Positions 28,413-36,151 of a DNA stretch of 64,000 bases are shown one piece after another. A program made the position numbers and the translations under genes. How positions within the stretch are numbered: position 1 is the stretch's first letter; each line of letters begins with the position of its first letter. The notes below the pieces were generated by a model. It made no database searches. It worked only from the letters and a program-made list of their open reading frames with translations, and was not told where the DNA came from. The stretch comes from Phycisphaerales bacterium (lineage in GTDB: Bacteria > Planctomycetota > Phycisphaerae > Phycisphaerales > UBA1924): NCBI GenBank assembly GCA_044221955.1, contig JBGAOD010000002.1:1197-65196 (forward strand), read 5' to 3'.

Positions 28413-29687
28413 GTGGTGCTCCTGAGCGTCACGCTCCTCCGCGTCCTCGGCGTCACGCCCACCAGCGACCCGGGTGAAAAAGAACTCCTCCGCCTCTGGT
28501 ACCTCACGCTCGGGCTCGCGGTCGTTCTTGGCTTCGTGTCCATCACGATCGACCTGCTCACCAAGAGAAAGAAAATCGCCACACTCACCGGAATCTTCGC
28601 CGGCGTCGTGATCGGCATGCTCCTCACCGGCGCGCTCAGCTTCGTCATCGAACTCCTGCTCAAGACCTACCAGCTCGACTCCACCTGGGGCTCGATGCTC
28701 AAGATCCTCGTGGGCATCTGCTTCTGCTACCTCGGCGTCACCATCGTCCTACAAACCCAGGACGATTTCCGACTCGTCATTCCTTACGTCGAGTTCGCCA
28801 AACAGATGCGCGGCGTGCGCCCGCTCATGCTCGACTCCTCCGCCCTCATCGACGGCCGAATCGTCGACGTCGCCGCCACCGGCCTCGTCCAAGCACCCAT
28901 CGTCATCCCACGCTTCGTGGTCCTCGAACTCCAGGCCCTCGCCGACAGCGCCGACAAACTCAAGCGCGCCCGAGGCCGGCGCGGGCTCGACATGGTCGGC
29001 AAGCTCCAACGCAACGGCAAGCTCGACATCTCCATCGACCCCAAGGCCGTCCCCGGCAAGGGCGTCGACCAGATGATCGTCGAACTCGCTCGCCAGCTCG
29101 ACGCGATGGTCGTCACCACCGACTCCGGCCTCTCGCGCGTCGCGTCGATCCAAGGCGTCCCCGTCCTGAACCTGCACGACCTCGCCGTGGCCGTGAAGCC
29201 GTCGCTGGTCACCGGCGAAACCCTCGAACTCCGCCTCGTCAAACGCGGCGAACAACCCCAGCAAGGCGTCGGCTACCTCGACGACGGCACCATGGTGGTG
29301 GTCGAAGACGGCCGGGAGGCGATCGATCAGGAAGTCGAGGTCACGGTGGTCTCCACCCTGCAGACCTCGGCGGGGCGGATGATCTTCGCGAAGTTGGCAC
29401 GAGGGATGGCGGAATATGCGGCGAAAGACGGTGCGAGAGATGGGGTTGGGCCGCCGGGGCCGACGGTCGAGCTGACGCAGTTGGCGGCGGCCGACAACGG
29501 CGATTCGACGATCGCGGATGATGAGATCACCGAACCCGAGGCCTCCAATTCACGCGACGCGGTCAACCAGCACACGGCCACGAACCCCGAACCTCACGCC
29601 GCTGAGCCCACCCCACGCGAGAAGTCCGGGCCGTTCCCGCCGAACGCGCCGCGCAGGCCGAACCGCTTACGCAACCCGAGGCGATAG
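28413..29687 (+). CDS. YacL-like membrane PIN/TRAM domain protein
   Basis: N-terminal TM helices, PIN core 'LMLDSSALIDGRIVDVAATGLV..IVIPRFVLELQALADS', 'KRARGRRGLDMV', and TRAM 'GETLELRLVKRGEQPQQGVGYLDDGTMVVVEDG'. The reading frame is open and hydrophobic ('KVLLTIVRVVFVV') for 43 codons upstream of the first canonical start, so the annotated start is doubtful. Confidence 0.8.
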   Translation: MVLLSVTLLRVLGVTPTSDPGEKELLRLWYLTLGLAVVLGFVSITIDLLTKRKKIATLTGIFAGVVIGMLLTGALSFVIELLLKTYQLDSTWGSMLKILVGICFCYLGVTIVLQTQDDFRLVIPYVEFAKQMRGVRPLMLDSSALIDGRIVDVAATGLVQAPIVIPRFVVLELQALADSADKLKRARGRRGLDMVGKLQRNGKLDISIDPKAVPGKGVDQMIVELARQLDAMVVTTDSGLSRVASIQGVPVLNLHDLAVAVKPSLVTGETLELRLVKRGEQPQQGVGYLDDGTMVVVEDGREAIDQEVEVTVVSTLQTSAGRMIFAKLARGMAEYAAKDGARDGVGPPGPTVELTQLAAADNGDSTIADDEITEPEASNSRDAVNQHTATNPEPHAAEPTPREKSGPFPPNAPRRPNRLRNPRR

Positions 29688-29743
29688 AAGATCGTCGCCG
29701 AGTTCGATCTCCGTGGCGCTGAGCTGAGGTCTGCGTTATCGCG

Positions 29744-29767
29744 CAGGTGTTCCACATGGAACACCTG
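29744..29767. other. stem-loop CAGGTGTTCC-ACAT-GGAACACCTG (10-bp stem) downstream of the PIN/TRAM gene
   Basis: Read directly from the sequence. No T-tract follows, so it is not a canonical intrinsic terminator. It shares CAGGT...ACCTGCCC ends with the hairpin at 55632-55652. Confidence 0.5.
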
Positions 29768-29775
29768 CCCGGCCT

Positions 29776-29794
29776 GGGGGGGGGGTGGGGGGGG
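29776..29794. repeat. G10-T-G8 homopolymeric tract
   Basis: GGGGGGGGGGTGGGGGGGG, read directly. The position is anchored by the GTG of track ORF 29785. It is intergenic, 9 nt after the hairpin. Confidence 0.9.
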
Positions 29795-29992
29795 AGCGGA
29801 ATCCGGCGTGGCGTTGCTTGACTTGGGGGATCGCGCGGTCGTGTGCGCGCTTGATCGTGCACATGGGAGGGCATCCTCGCGCCGCTGAAGTCGCCTGGCG
29901 GTTACTTCCGCGCTCCCCCGTTGTTGGCGGCTTCGGTGCTTGGGCGAGGTCGGCGCTCGGGTCGTCGGTTGGGCAGGATCAAACCAAAGGCT

Positions 29993-30050
29993 CACTGAGG
30001 TCGCCTTCGGGGTGCTGGGAACTTGGAAGTCCAAGGAGGCGACCTCAGTG
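29993..30050. other. long stem-loop (14-bp perfect stem CACTGAGGTCGCCT / AGGCGACCTCAGTG, 30-nt loop) 3' of the SIR2-like gene
   Basis: Read directly. It lies 29 nt beyond the stop of the minus-strand gene 30079..31071, at the GC-rich edge of the low-GC island. It could be a terminator or a boundary structure. Confidence 0.55.
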
Positions 30051-30078
30051 CCACGAAGTCAGTTCCACCTGCCGCCGC

Positions 30079-31071
30079 CTAGGATTGATTACAAATGTGC
30101 CAGGGGAACGCAGTCCGAAGGAATCTTGCTGCGTCCATCTTTGAATCTGTCACCATAACGTTTTCATCAATGCCACGCAATATTGATTCGAATCGAAAGC
30201 GCTCTTGTCCGTCTAGTTGAAATCCTGTTGCGAAGCACCGGGCTCGCTTGGTAGAAGTGGAAAAGGCGCCTTGTACGATTTCCTGTAGATTTTGACCGGC
30301 CTGACCCACGCCAAGCACTCCAACAATCCTACAGCTTCTAAGCCTTTCGACCAAATGGTCAGCATCTAGGGATGAATCACTTGGCTCGTGCCACATCCTA
30401 AAGTGATCTATTAGACCCTTACACCTCTTGATCGAAGAAACCTCATCGAATGGAACGCTTCGCGGATCATTCTCGCGTCCCGGCGCGAAGTCGCCAACCT
30501 TCCCGTGCACATGGATAATTGGGATTTTCGAAATTGCGTTCCAGGCTTCGGTTGCAGTAATACCCCAAGCGTGCTGCATCGCTGTTGTGAGATACATTTC
30601 AAGAAGTCGATCGTAATTGAATGTAATAAAAACAATCTTGTGCTTCACAAAATCTTCGGGAGGGCACTTTATTCGGTCCCACAGCACTCTCATCCAGTCT
30701 GAATCTCGCTCGCCATCAAGTAAAAGCTGAAGGTTCTTGTCCCTTTCGGAGGCCTCGTACTCCTTATGCCGGATCAGTAATGCAACCAGCAGTTTCCCCC
30801 ATGAAACAAGATCGGGATTCGAAGATCGGGTGCGAAGAAACTCGTCAATGGAAAAAAGCCTAGATCCATACAATTCTTTTCGAAACTCGGAATGAGCTAG
30901 TCGAAATCTATTCAATTCGTCTGGACTTAATCCTTTTGTCATGAAGTCGGAAAAACTCGCGTTGATAATCGACTCGACGAGTCCGGGACCGGACGGGAAT
31001 TTAAATGGAATGCTCGTCCCAGCTCCGAGAATAAATGCCGTTGGCTGTTGAATTATGGTGTCAAACTGCAT
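30079..31071 (-). CDS. stand-alone SIR2_2-type (ThsA/DSR-like sirtuin-fold) protein, candidate NAD+-consuming defence effector
   Basis: This is the only long ORF in an AT-enriched island. Motifs are 'FILGAGTSIPFKFPSG', 'IVFITFNYDRLLE' and 'IPIIHVHGKVG'. A C-terminal ~110 aa is unassigned. I placed the start at Met 'MQFDTII'; the track ORF extends to 31149. Confidence 0.7.
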   Translation of the reverse strand: MQFDTIIQQPTAFILGAGTSIPFKFPSGPGLVESIINASFSDFMTKGLSPDELNRFRLAHSEFRKELYGSRLFSIDEFLRTRSSNPDLVSWGKLLVALLIRHKEYEASERDKNLQLLLDGERDSDWMRVLWDRIKCPPEDFVKHKIVFITFNYDRLLEMYLTTAMQHAWGITATEAWNAISKIPIIHVHGKVGDFAPGRENDPRSVPFDEVSSIKRCKGLIDHFRMWHEPSDSSLDADHLVERLRSCRIVGVLGVGQAGQNLQEIVQGAFSTSTKRARCFATGFQLDGQERFRFESILRGIDENVMVTDSKMDAARFLRTAFPWHICNQS

Positions 31072-31220
31072 GTGTGATTCCGAAGCGAATAAGTGCCATT
31101 CTTGCCAATCGCCTTGCCAAATCCCTTTTAAACTCGCGATCAGCAGCAAGCCGCTCTCAACATCGCTTCTGACAGTACCGAATACGTTCGGCCACTTCGG
31201 ATGACAGCTCTACCTCGACT

Positions 31221-32501
31221 CTACAACTTCTTCAACGCCCCCACTAGCTCATCAATATGCCCCGTCGTGTGCGCCGCCGAGATCTGGCAGCGCAGTCTCG
31301 CGTGGCCCTCGGCCACCACTGGGTAGCCGAAGCCGATCACGAAGACGCCCAGTTCCAGCAGGCGTTTGCTCATGGCGATGGCCTTGGCGGTGTCGCCCAC
31401 GATGATGGGGCAGATGGCGGTGGGTGATTTGAGCACGTCGAACCCGGCCTCGGCGATCTTCTTGCGGGCGTAGGCCACGTTGTCGCGGAGTTTGGCCACG
31501 CGCTGGGGCTCGCGGAGCACGATCTCGATCGCTTTGCGGGCCGAGCAGGCGATGGTGACGGGGAGGGCGTTGGAGAAGAGCGTTGGTCGGCCGCGTTGGA
31601 TCAGCAGTTCGATCACGCGCGAAGAGGCCGCCACGAATCCGCCGGCGCCGCCGCCGAGGGCCTTGCCGAGCGTGCCGGTAAAAATGTCAACGCGGCCTGG
31701 GTTCTTCCCGCCGTCGATCATCCCCCAATGCTCGTGCGTGCCGCGGCCGAGCTGCCCCATCACGCCGTGGCCGTGGCTGTCGTCCACCACCAGCATCGCG
31801 TTGAACTCGTCGCAGAGTTTCCGCATCGCGGGCAGGTCCGCGAGCGAGCCCTCCATGCTGAAGACGCCGTCGGTCACGACCCAGATCTGGCCGGTGACTT
31901 CCTTGTTCGCGGCCGCTTTCTGCAGGGCCTCGCGCAGGGAGCCTTCGCCCTCGAGCCGGTTGTTTTTGTAGATGCCCTTGTGGATGCCCTTCTTGATTGT
32001 GGTGGCGAGGCGGATGGAATCGATGATGCAGGCGTGGTTGAGTTCGTCGGAGATGATGATGTCGCCGGGCTCGCAGAGGGTCGGGAAGACGGCCTCGTTG
32101 GCGGTCCACGCGCTCACGAACGAGTAGCTCGCTTCCGTTCCCATGTATTCCGTGATCGTCCGTTCGAGCGTTTCGTGCGGGCCGAACGTGCCGCAGATGA
32201 AGCGCACGCTGGCGGTCCCGGCCCCGAAGTCCTTCAGTCCCTTCAACCCGGCCTCAACGACCTCGGGGTGGTTGGCGAGCCCGAGGTAGTTGTTCGAGCA
32301 GAAGCACAGTACCTCGGCGATCTTGCCGTCGGGCTTGCGCATCTTGACCACGGCGTCCATGGGGCTTTCGAGGGTTTGAAGGTGCTTGTAGAGGCCTTCC
32401 TTGCGGATCTGTTCGAGCAGCCCGGTTGCCCGGGAATCGAAAATCGTTGAGTGAGTGTGGCCGAGTTTGTTTGTGCGCGTTTCGGGTTTGGTGCTCAACA
32501 T
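31221..32501 (-). CDS. kbl: glycine C-acetyltransferase (2-amino-3-ketobutyrate CoA ligase)
   Basis: Alpha-oxoamine synthase motifs 'FCSNNYLGLANHPEV', 'ASVRFICGT', 'DELNHACIIDSIRL', 'DGVFSMEG', 'VDDSHGHGVMG' and the PLP lysine in 'GTLGKALGG'. The N-terminus may be shorter than the ORF. Confidence 0.9.
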   Translation of the reverse strand: MLSTKPETRTNKLGHTHSTIFDSRATGLLEQIRKEGLYKHLQTLESPMDAVVKMRKPDGKIAEVLCFCSNNYLGLANHPEVVEAGLKGLKDFGAGTASVRFICGTFGPHETLERTITEYMGTEASYSFVSAWTANEAVFPTLCEPGDIIISDELNHACIIDSIRLATTIKKGIHKGIYKNNRLEGEGSLREALQKAAANKEVTGQIWVVTDGVFSMEGSLADLPAMRKLCDEFNAMLVVDDSHGHGVMGQLGRGTHEHWGMIDGGKNPGRVDIFTGTLGKALGGGAGGFVAASSRVIELLIQRGRPTLFSNALPVTIACSARKAIEIVLREPQRVAKLRDNVAYARKKIAEAGFDVLKSPTAICPIIVGDTAKAIAMSKRLLELGVFVIGFGYPVVAEGHARLRCQISAAHTTGHIDELVGALKKL

Positions 32502-32797
32502 TCGTGGTTCGCTCTCGAAAATGATGCATCAAAGCGGGCGGCGTAAGTAATTTGTTTGGTCACGAGCTACGGCGGAGGCCATGATTCTACCGCTCCCGCG
32601 GGGTGAGAATGCTGCGAGACCCAGCGGTCTTGCTGGCGTTCACCGCCTGGTCCGGCCCGTCGCGCAAAGTCTTGCGGGAAATAAGTCAGTTCGTTGGCAC
32701 ACCGGCGCATTTGGTGTTAGCCTATCTCTGGGAGAGCGGCGTTGGTCTGACGCCGAGGACGGCAGGAAGAGTCGAGTTTCCGAGTACGGGAGAACGG

Positions 32798-33910
32798 ATG
32801 ATGGCACGGATGCTTCGCGCGCCGCGCGGCTCGGGAACGCCCAGACCGGTTTGGGCAAGGCTTGCGGGAACCAGCGCTGGAATCATTCTCGGCACAGGTC
32901 TTTGCTGCGGGGTGGCGTCCGGCGGGATGATCTCGTTCCAGGGTCTGGGGACCAACGCCCGTCCCAACGCGGTTTCCGCGAACGGGTCCACGGTCGCCGG
33001 CAACGGTTTCGTCTGGCACGCGAACACCGGGCTGGCGGCACTCCCCTTCACCCGGGCCAACGGCGTGAGCGCTGACGGTTCGATCATCGTCGGACGCAAC
33101 GGCACCCGGGCGGTCCGCTGGGACGGCAACGTCGTCCGGGACCTCAACACGTTCGGCTGGGGCGAGTACAGCACCGCCAACGGCGTCTCCGGCGACGGTT
33201 CGGTCGTCGTGGGGAACGGCGCAACCGACGGTGATTTCCCCGAAACCAAAGGCTACCGGTGGACCAGCGGGAACGGGACTCAGTCCTGCGGATCTGGGAT
33301 CACCGGCGGGCTGTACGAAAACTGGGGCGCGATCGCCGCCAGCAACGATGGGTCCGTTGTCGTCGGCAACCAGGGTTACACGCCCCGCGCCTTCCGATGG
33401 ACCGCCGGCTCCGGTCCTGTCGAGCTCTTCCCCGACCTCCCGTACTCAACAGCGACCGGTGTTTCGTCCGACGGTTCGATCATCGCCGCGACCATCGCCA
33501 CCGATTCGCCTTCCGATCGTCACGCGACCCGCCTTGTTCTTGGCTCTAGCGCCCAGGTCCTCGGCGAACTTCCCGGCGGCGAATCCAGCAGTGCCAACGG
33601 GATCTCCGGGAACGGCACCATTGTGGTGGGCCTCAGCGGGTCCACCGACGGCAACCGTGCGGCCATGTGGGCCAGCTCCGTCAGCCCTCAGTCCATCACG
33701 AACTTTCTGAGCACCGCTGGCGTGGTCGGGCACGCCGGATGGACGCTCACCGAAGCCACGGCGATCTCGTCCGACGGCTCGACCATCGTTGGCGTCGGGC
33801 TCAACGCTTCGGGCTCCAGCGAATCGTGGGTCGCGACCATCCCCGCGCCGGCCAGCGTGCCGCTTCTGGTGGCCGCGGGCGTCTTCACGATGCGGCGCCG
33901 CGTTCGCTGA
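32798..33910 (+). CDS. secreted HAF-like repeat protein with PEP-CTERM-like C-terminal anchor
   Basis: Repeated units are 'ANGVSADGSIIVG', 'ANGVSGDGSVVVGN', 'ASNDGSVVVGN', 'ATGVSSDGSIIA', 'ANGISGNGTIVVG' and 'ATAISSDGSTIVGVG'. The C-terminus 'IPAPASVPLLVAAGVFTMRRRVR' has a PEP-like motif, a TM and a basic tail. Confidence 0.7.
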   Translation: MMARMLRAPRGSGTPRPVWARLAGTSAGIILGTGLCCGVASGGMISFQGLGTNARPNAVSANGSTVAGNGFVWHANTGLAALPFTRANGVSADGSIIVGRNGTRAVRWDGNVVRDLNTFGWGEYSTANGVSGDGSVVVGNGATDGDFPETKGYRWTSGNGTQSCGSGITGGLYENWGAIAASNDGSVVVGNQGYTPRAFRWTAGSGPVELFPDLPYSTATGVSSDGSIIAATIATDSPSDRHATRLVLGSSAQVLGELPGGESSSANGISGNGTIVVGLSGSTDGNRAAMWASSVSPQSITNFLSTAGVVGHAGWTLTEATAISSDGSTIVGVGLNASGSSESWVATIPAPASVPLLVAAGVFTMRRRVR

Positions 33911-33944
33911 AACAATCCGGGCACAAACTCGGAGTCCCCGATCC

Positions 33945-34778
33945 TCACGCCGCGCGGGCTCGGTTGCCCTTGAGCATCTCGTCGTAGCGAGCGCGCATCT
34001 CCGGGTCGCGGAGGATTGTGTACGCCTTGCTCACGCGTGCGAACTGCTGGTCCGCGTCCGCAGCCTTGTTGCGATCGGGGTGCAGCGTGCGAGCCAGGGC
34101 ACGGAACGCGGCGTGAACTTCGTCCTTGGTCGCGCTCCGGGCGACCGCCAGCACGGCATACAAATCCTCAACCTCGATCGTCGCCGTCGCCGCGCCCGAC
34201 CCGCCGCTCGAAGCTCCGCTCGATCCCGAGCGCGACGTGTTCGCCGATCCCGAACCGGTGGGCTTCGCCCCGGGCGACGAATCCGTCTCCCCGGCCGCCT
34301 TGGGCCGCAGGAACCCGAACCTCGCCATTTCGATCAGGCTCTCGGTCAGCTCGGGCGTCAACTCGATGAAGTGAAGCCCCACGTCGAAGAGAGATCTGGA
34401 CTCGCGTGCCCGCCGCACCCACACCACGCGGGCGCGAAGCTCAAGCCGCGAGGTCCCGTTGGTGATGTTCATCCGCACCACGTCGGTCGCTTCCAGGGCT
34501 GGTTTGGATTTGCACCGCACGCGCGCGCCGGAGGCCGAAAGGTCCAGCACGTCGCCCAGCCGACACGACAGCCCGATCGGATTGAACCGCTGTCCAATCC
34601 GTGGCGAAGAGGCCATCTGATCCGGGGTTCTCTTGGGGGCGCGAGCCCAAGGCCAGTCCATCGCAAGATTGTCGGACCGCCTTCCGTACGGCTTTGGCTC
34701 TTCGCGGAGCTTGCGGGCCCGAGGGCGTACCTTGCGACGGATGCGCCGCGGGGTTGGCCGCGAGCGCCCCATCGACAC
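33945..34778 (-). CDS. PilZ domain / C-terminal J-domain (DnaJ-like) fusion protein
   Basis: PilZ c-di-GMP motifs 'RIGQR' (RxxxR) and 'DLSASGA' (DxSxxG), then a Ser/Gly-rich linker, then the J domain 'DLYAVLAVARSATKDEVHAAFRALARTLHPDRNK...YTILRDPEMRARYD' with an intact HPD. The start is uncertain (alternative Mets at 34661 and 34616). Confidence 0.7.
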   Translation of the reverse strand: MSMGRSRPTPRRIRRKVRPRARKLREEPKPYGRRSDNLAMDWPWARAPKRTPDQMASSPRIGQRFNPIGLSCRLGDVLDLSASGARVRCKSKPALEATDVVRMNITNGTSRLELRARVVWVRRARESRSLFDVGLHFIELTPELTESLIEMARFGFLRPKAAGETDSSPGAKPTGSGSANTSRSGSSGASSGGSGAATATIEVEDLYAVLAVARSATKDEVHAAFRALARTLHPDRNKAADADQQFARVSKAYTILRDPEMRARYDEMLKGNRARAA

Positions 34779-34825
34779 GATTCCCGGACCGACGAATCGC
34801 CCGAGAGATGTCGAAACTTAATCCC

Positions 34826-35317
34826 TCACAAGGGTTTGCGACGCCAGAGCCCGCCGGGCTTCCCGTCGTTCTGGGCTTCGCGCTGGTCGCGGGCGTAGCG
34901 GCGCTGGGCCTCGCCCCGGAGCACGAACGACCCCGAGGCCGCTCCGCGCACGGCGTCGATGATCGACTCGGCGTCGTCACCCTTGGACACAAACCCCCAG
35001 GCCCCGGCGTCGATTGCTCGGTCGATGAGTTCGCTGCCCACGCGCTCGCTGAGCATGACGACATGAGCCTTTGGGAATCGCCGAGCGAGGTCGTCGGTCG
35101 CCTCGAACACGTTCGGGCCGGCCATGTCCACGTCCAGCACCACGACGTCCGGTCCGCAACGCGCGACTTCTTCCGCCAGACCGATCGACGTGTGCATCCA
35201 GCCGATCCACTCGAACCCCCGATCAGGGGTGAGGTGGCGGCGTAGCGCATCGGCGACAAAGTCGTTGTCGTCAACACACAGAACACGGATCGCACTGACA
35301 GCGGAACCCCGAGCCAT
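34826..35317 (-). CDS. single-domain response regulator (CheY-like receiver)
   Basis: 'IRVLCVDDNDFV', 'PDVVVLDVDMAG' (phospho-acceptor Asp) and 'HVVMLSERV...AGAWGFVSKG'. No output domain. It lies immediately upstream of the PilZ/J gene on the same strand. Confidence 0.75.
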   Translation of the reverse strand: MARGSAVSAIRVLCVDDNDFVADALRRHLTPDRGFEWIGWMHTSIGLAEEVARCGPDVVVLDVDMAGPNVFEATDDLARRFPKAHVVMLSERVGSELIDRAIDAGAWGFVSKGDDAESIIDAVRGAASGSFVLRGEAQRRYARDQREAQNDGKPGGLWRRKPL

Positions 35318-35446
35318 CTTACGGCCTTTCGAGAAACGCAGGCCGAACGCCGAGTGTAATTTACCAGACAGGCGTGCCTGGCACAACGGCATTTGTCGGT
35401 TATTCGCGCGGAACGGTCGGAGGCGTGGTGTCTATTGTGTGCTCCG

Positions 35447-36016
35447 ATGGGACTCATCCGACCCCGCACATTGGCGCTAAAGCCAAGCGATCGCAGCACT
35501 TCGAGTTGCGTCGTGCGGTGCGCCCGCGAGCAGGACGCCGAAGCCGTGCTGGGGCTGCTCCGCGAGTTGGCGGACGAACCGGTGTTCACGGTGTACGAGC
35601 CCGACGAGTTTGTGCGCACGCTCGACACGGAACGTGCCAACATTGAGACTTACCGAGCGGACCCCGGGCGGTTGTTGCTTGTCGCGGAGGTCGGCGGCGA
35701 ACTGGCGGGGCAGTTGACGTTTCGATCGGGGAAATACCGCCGAATCGCGCACGTCGGTGAGATGGGGATGAGTGTCGCGGCCCGTTGGCGCGGGCTGGGC
35801 ATCGGGCGAGCGCTGCTTTCTCACCTGATTCAGTGGGCGACGGAACATCCCGTGATCGAGAAGATCAACCTTCGTGTGTTCTCCAATAACGATCGCGCGA
35901 TCACGCTCTACCGTTCGATGGCGTTTTTCGAGGAAGGGCGGCGCGAGCGGGAGATTCGGATTCATTCTGGTGTTTGTGTGGACGATCTTTCGATGGCGCG
36001 GTTCGTAAAGCCTTGA
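35447..36016 (+). CDS. GNAT-family N-acetyltransferase
   Basis: Acetyl-CoA motif A 'MSVAARWRGLGIGRALLSHLIQWA', and 'INLRVFSNNDRAITLYRSMAF'. Confidence 0.75.
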   Translation: MGLIRPRTLALKPSDRSTSSCVVRCAREQDAEAVLGLLRELADEPVFTVYEPDEFVRTLDTERANIETYRADPGRLLLVAEVGGELAGQLTFRSGKYRRIAHVGEMGMSVAARWRGLGIGRALLSHLIQWATEHPVIEKINLRVFSNNDRAITLYRSMAFFEEGRREREIRIHSGVCVDDLSMARFVKP

Positions 36017-36151
36017 AGTTGTGGGAACGTGTGTTTGTTCGCACGGAAATGTGTCCGTGAAGCGGGTACCCCCGGGTAGAGCGTCTCGCGCCGCGCTCCG
36101 CTGCAGGAAATGTTCGGAGAAGTGCGCGCTCGCGGGTACAATCGCCTCCAC

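Noticed and set aside
28138-28425. Pro-rich 95-aa ORF ('...PPRPNATTRPPNPASIPNPPRTPTY...') in the long intergenic region upstream of the PIN/TRAM gene
   Set aside because: The protein-like appearance is explained by the C-rich strand composition. It has no start context, no motif, and overlaps other equally poor ORFs. I treat the region as non-coding or 5' leader (see the start-codon finding).
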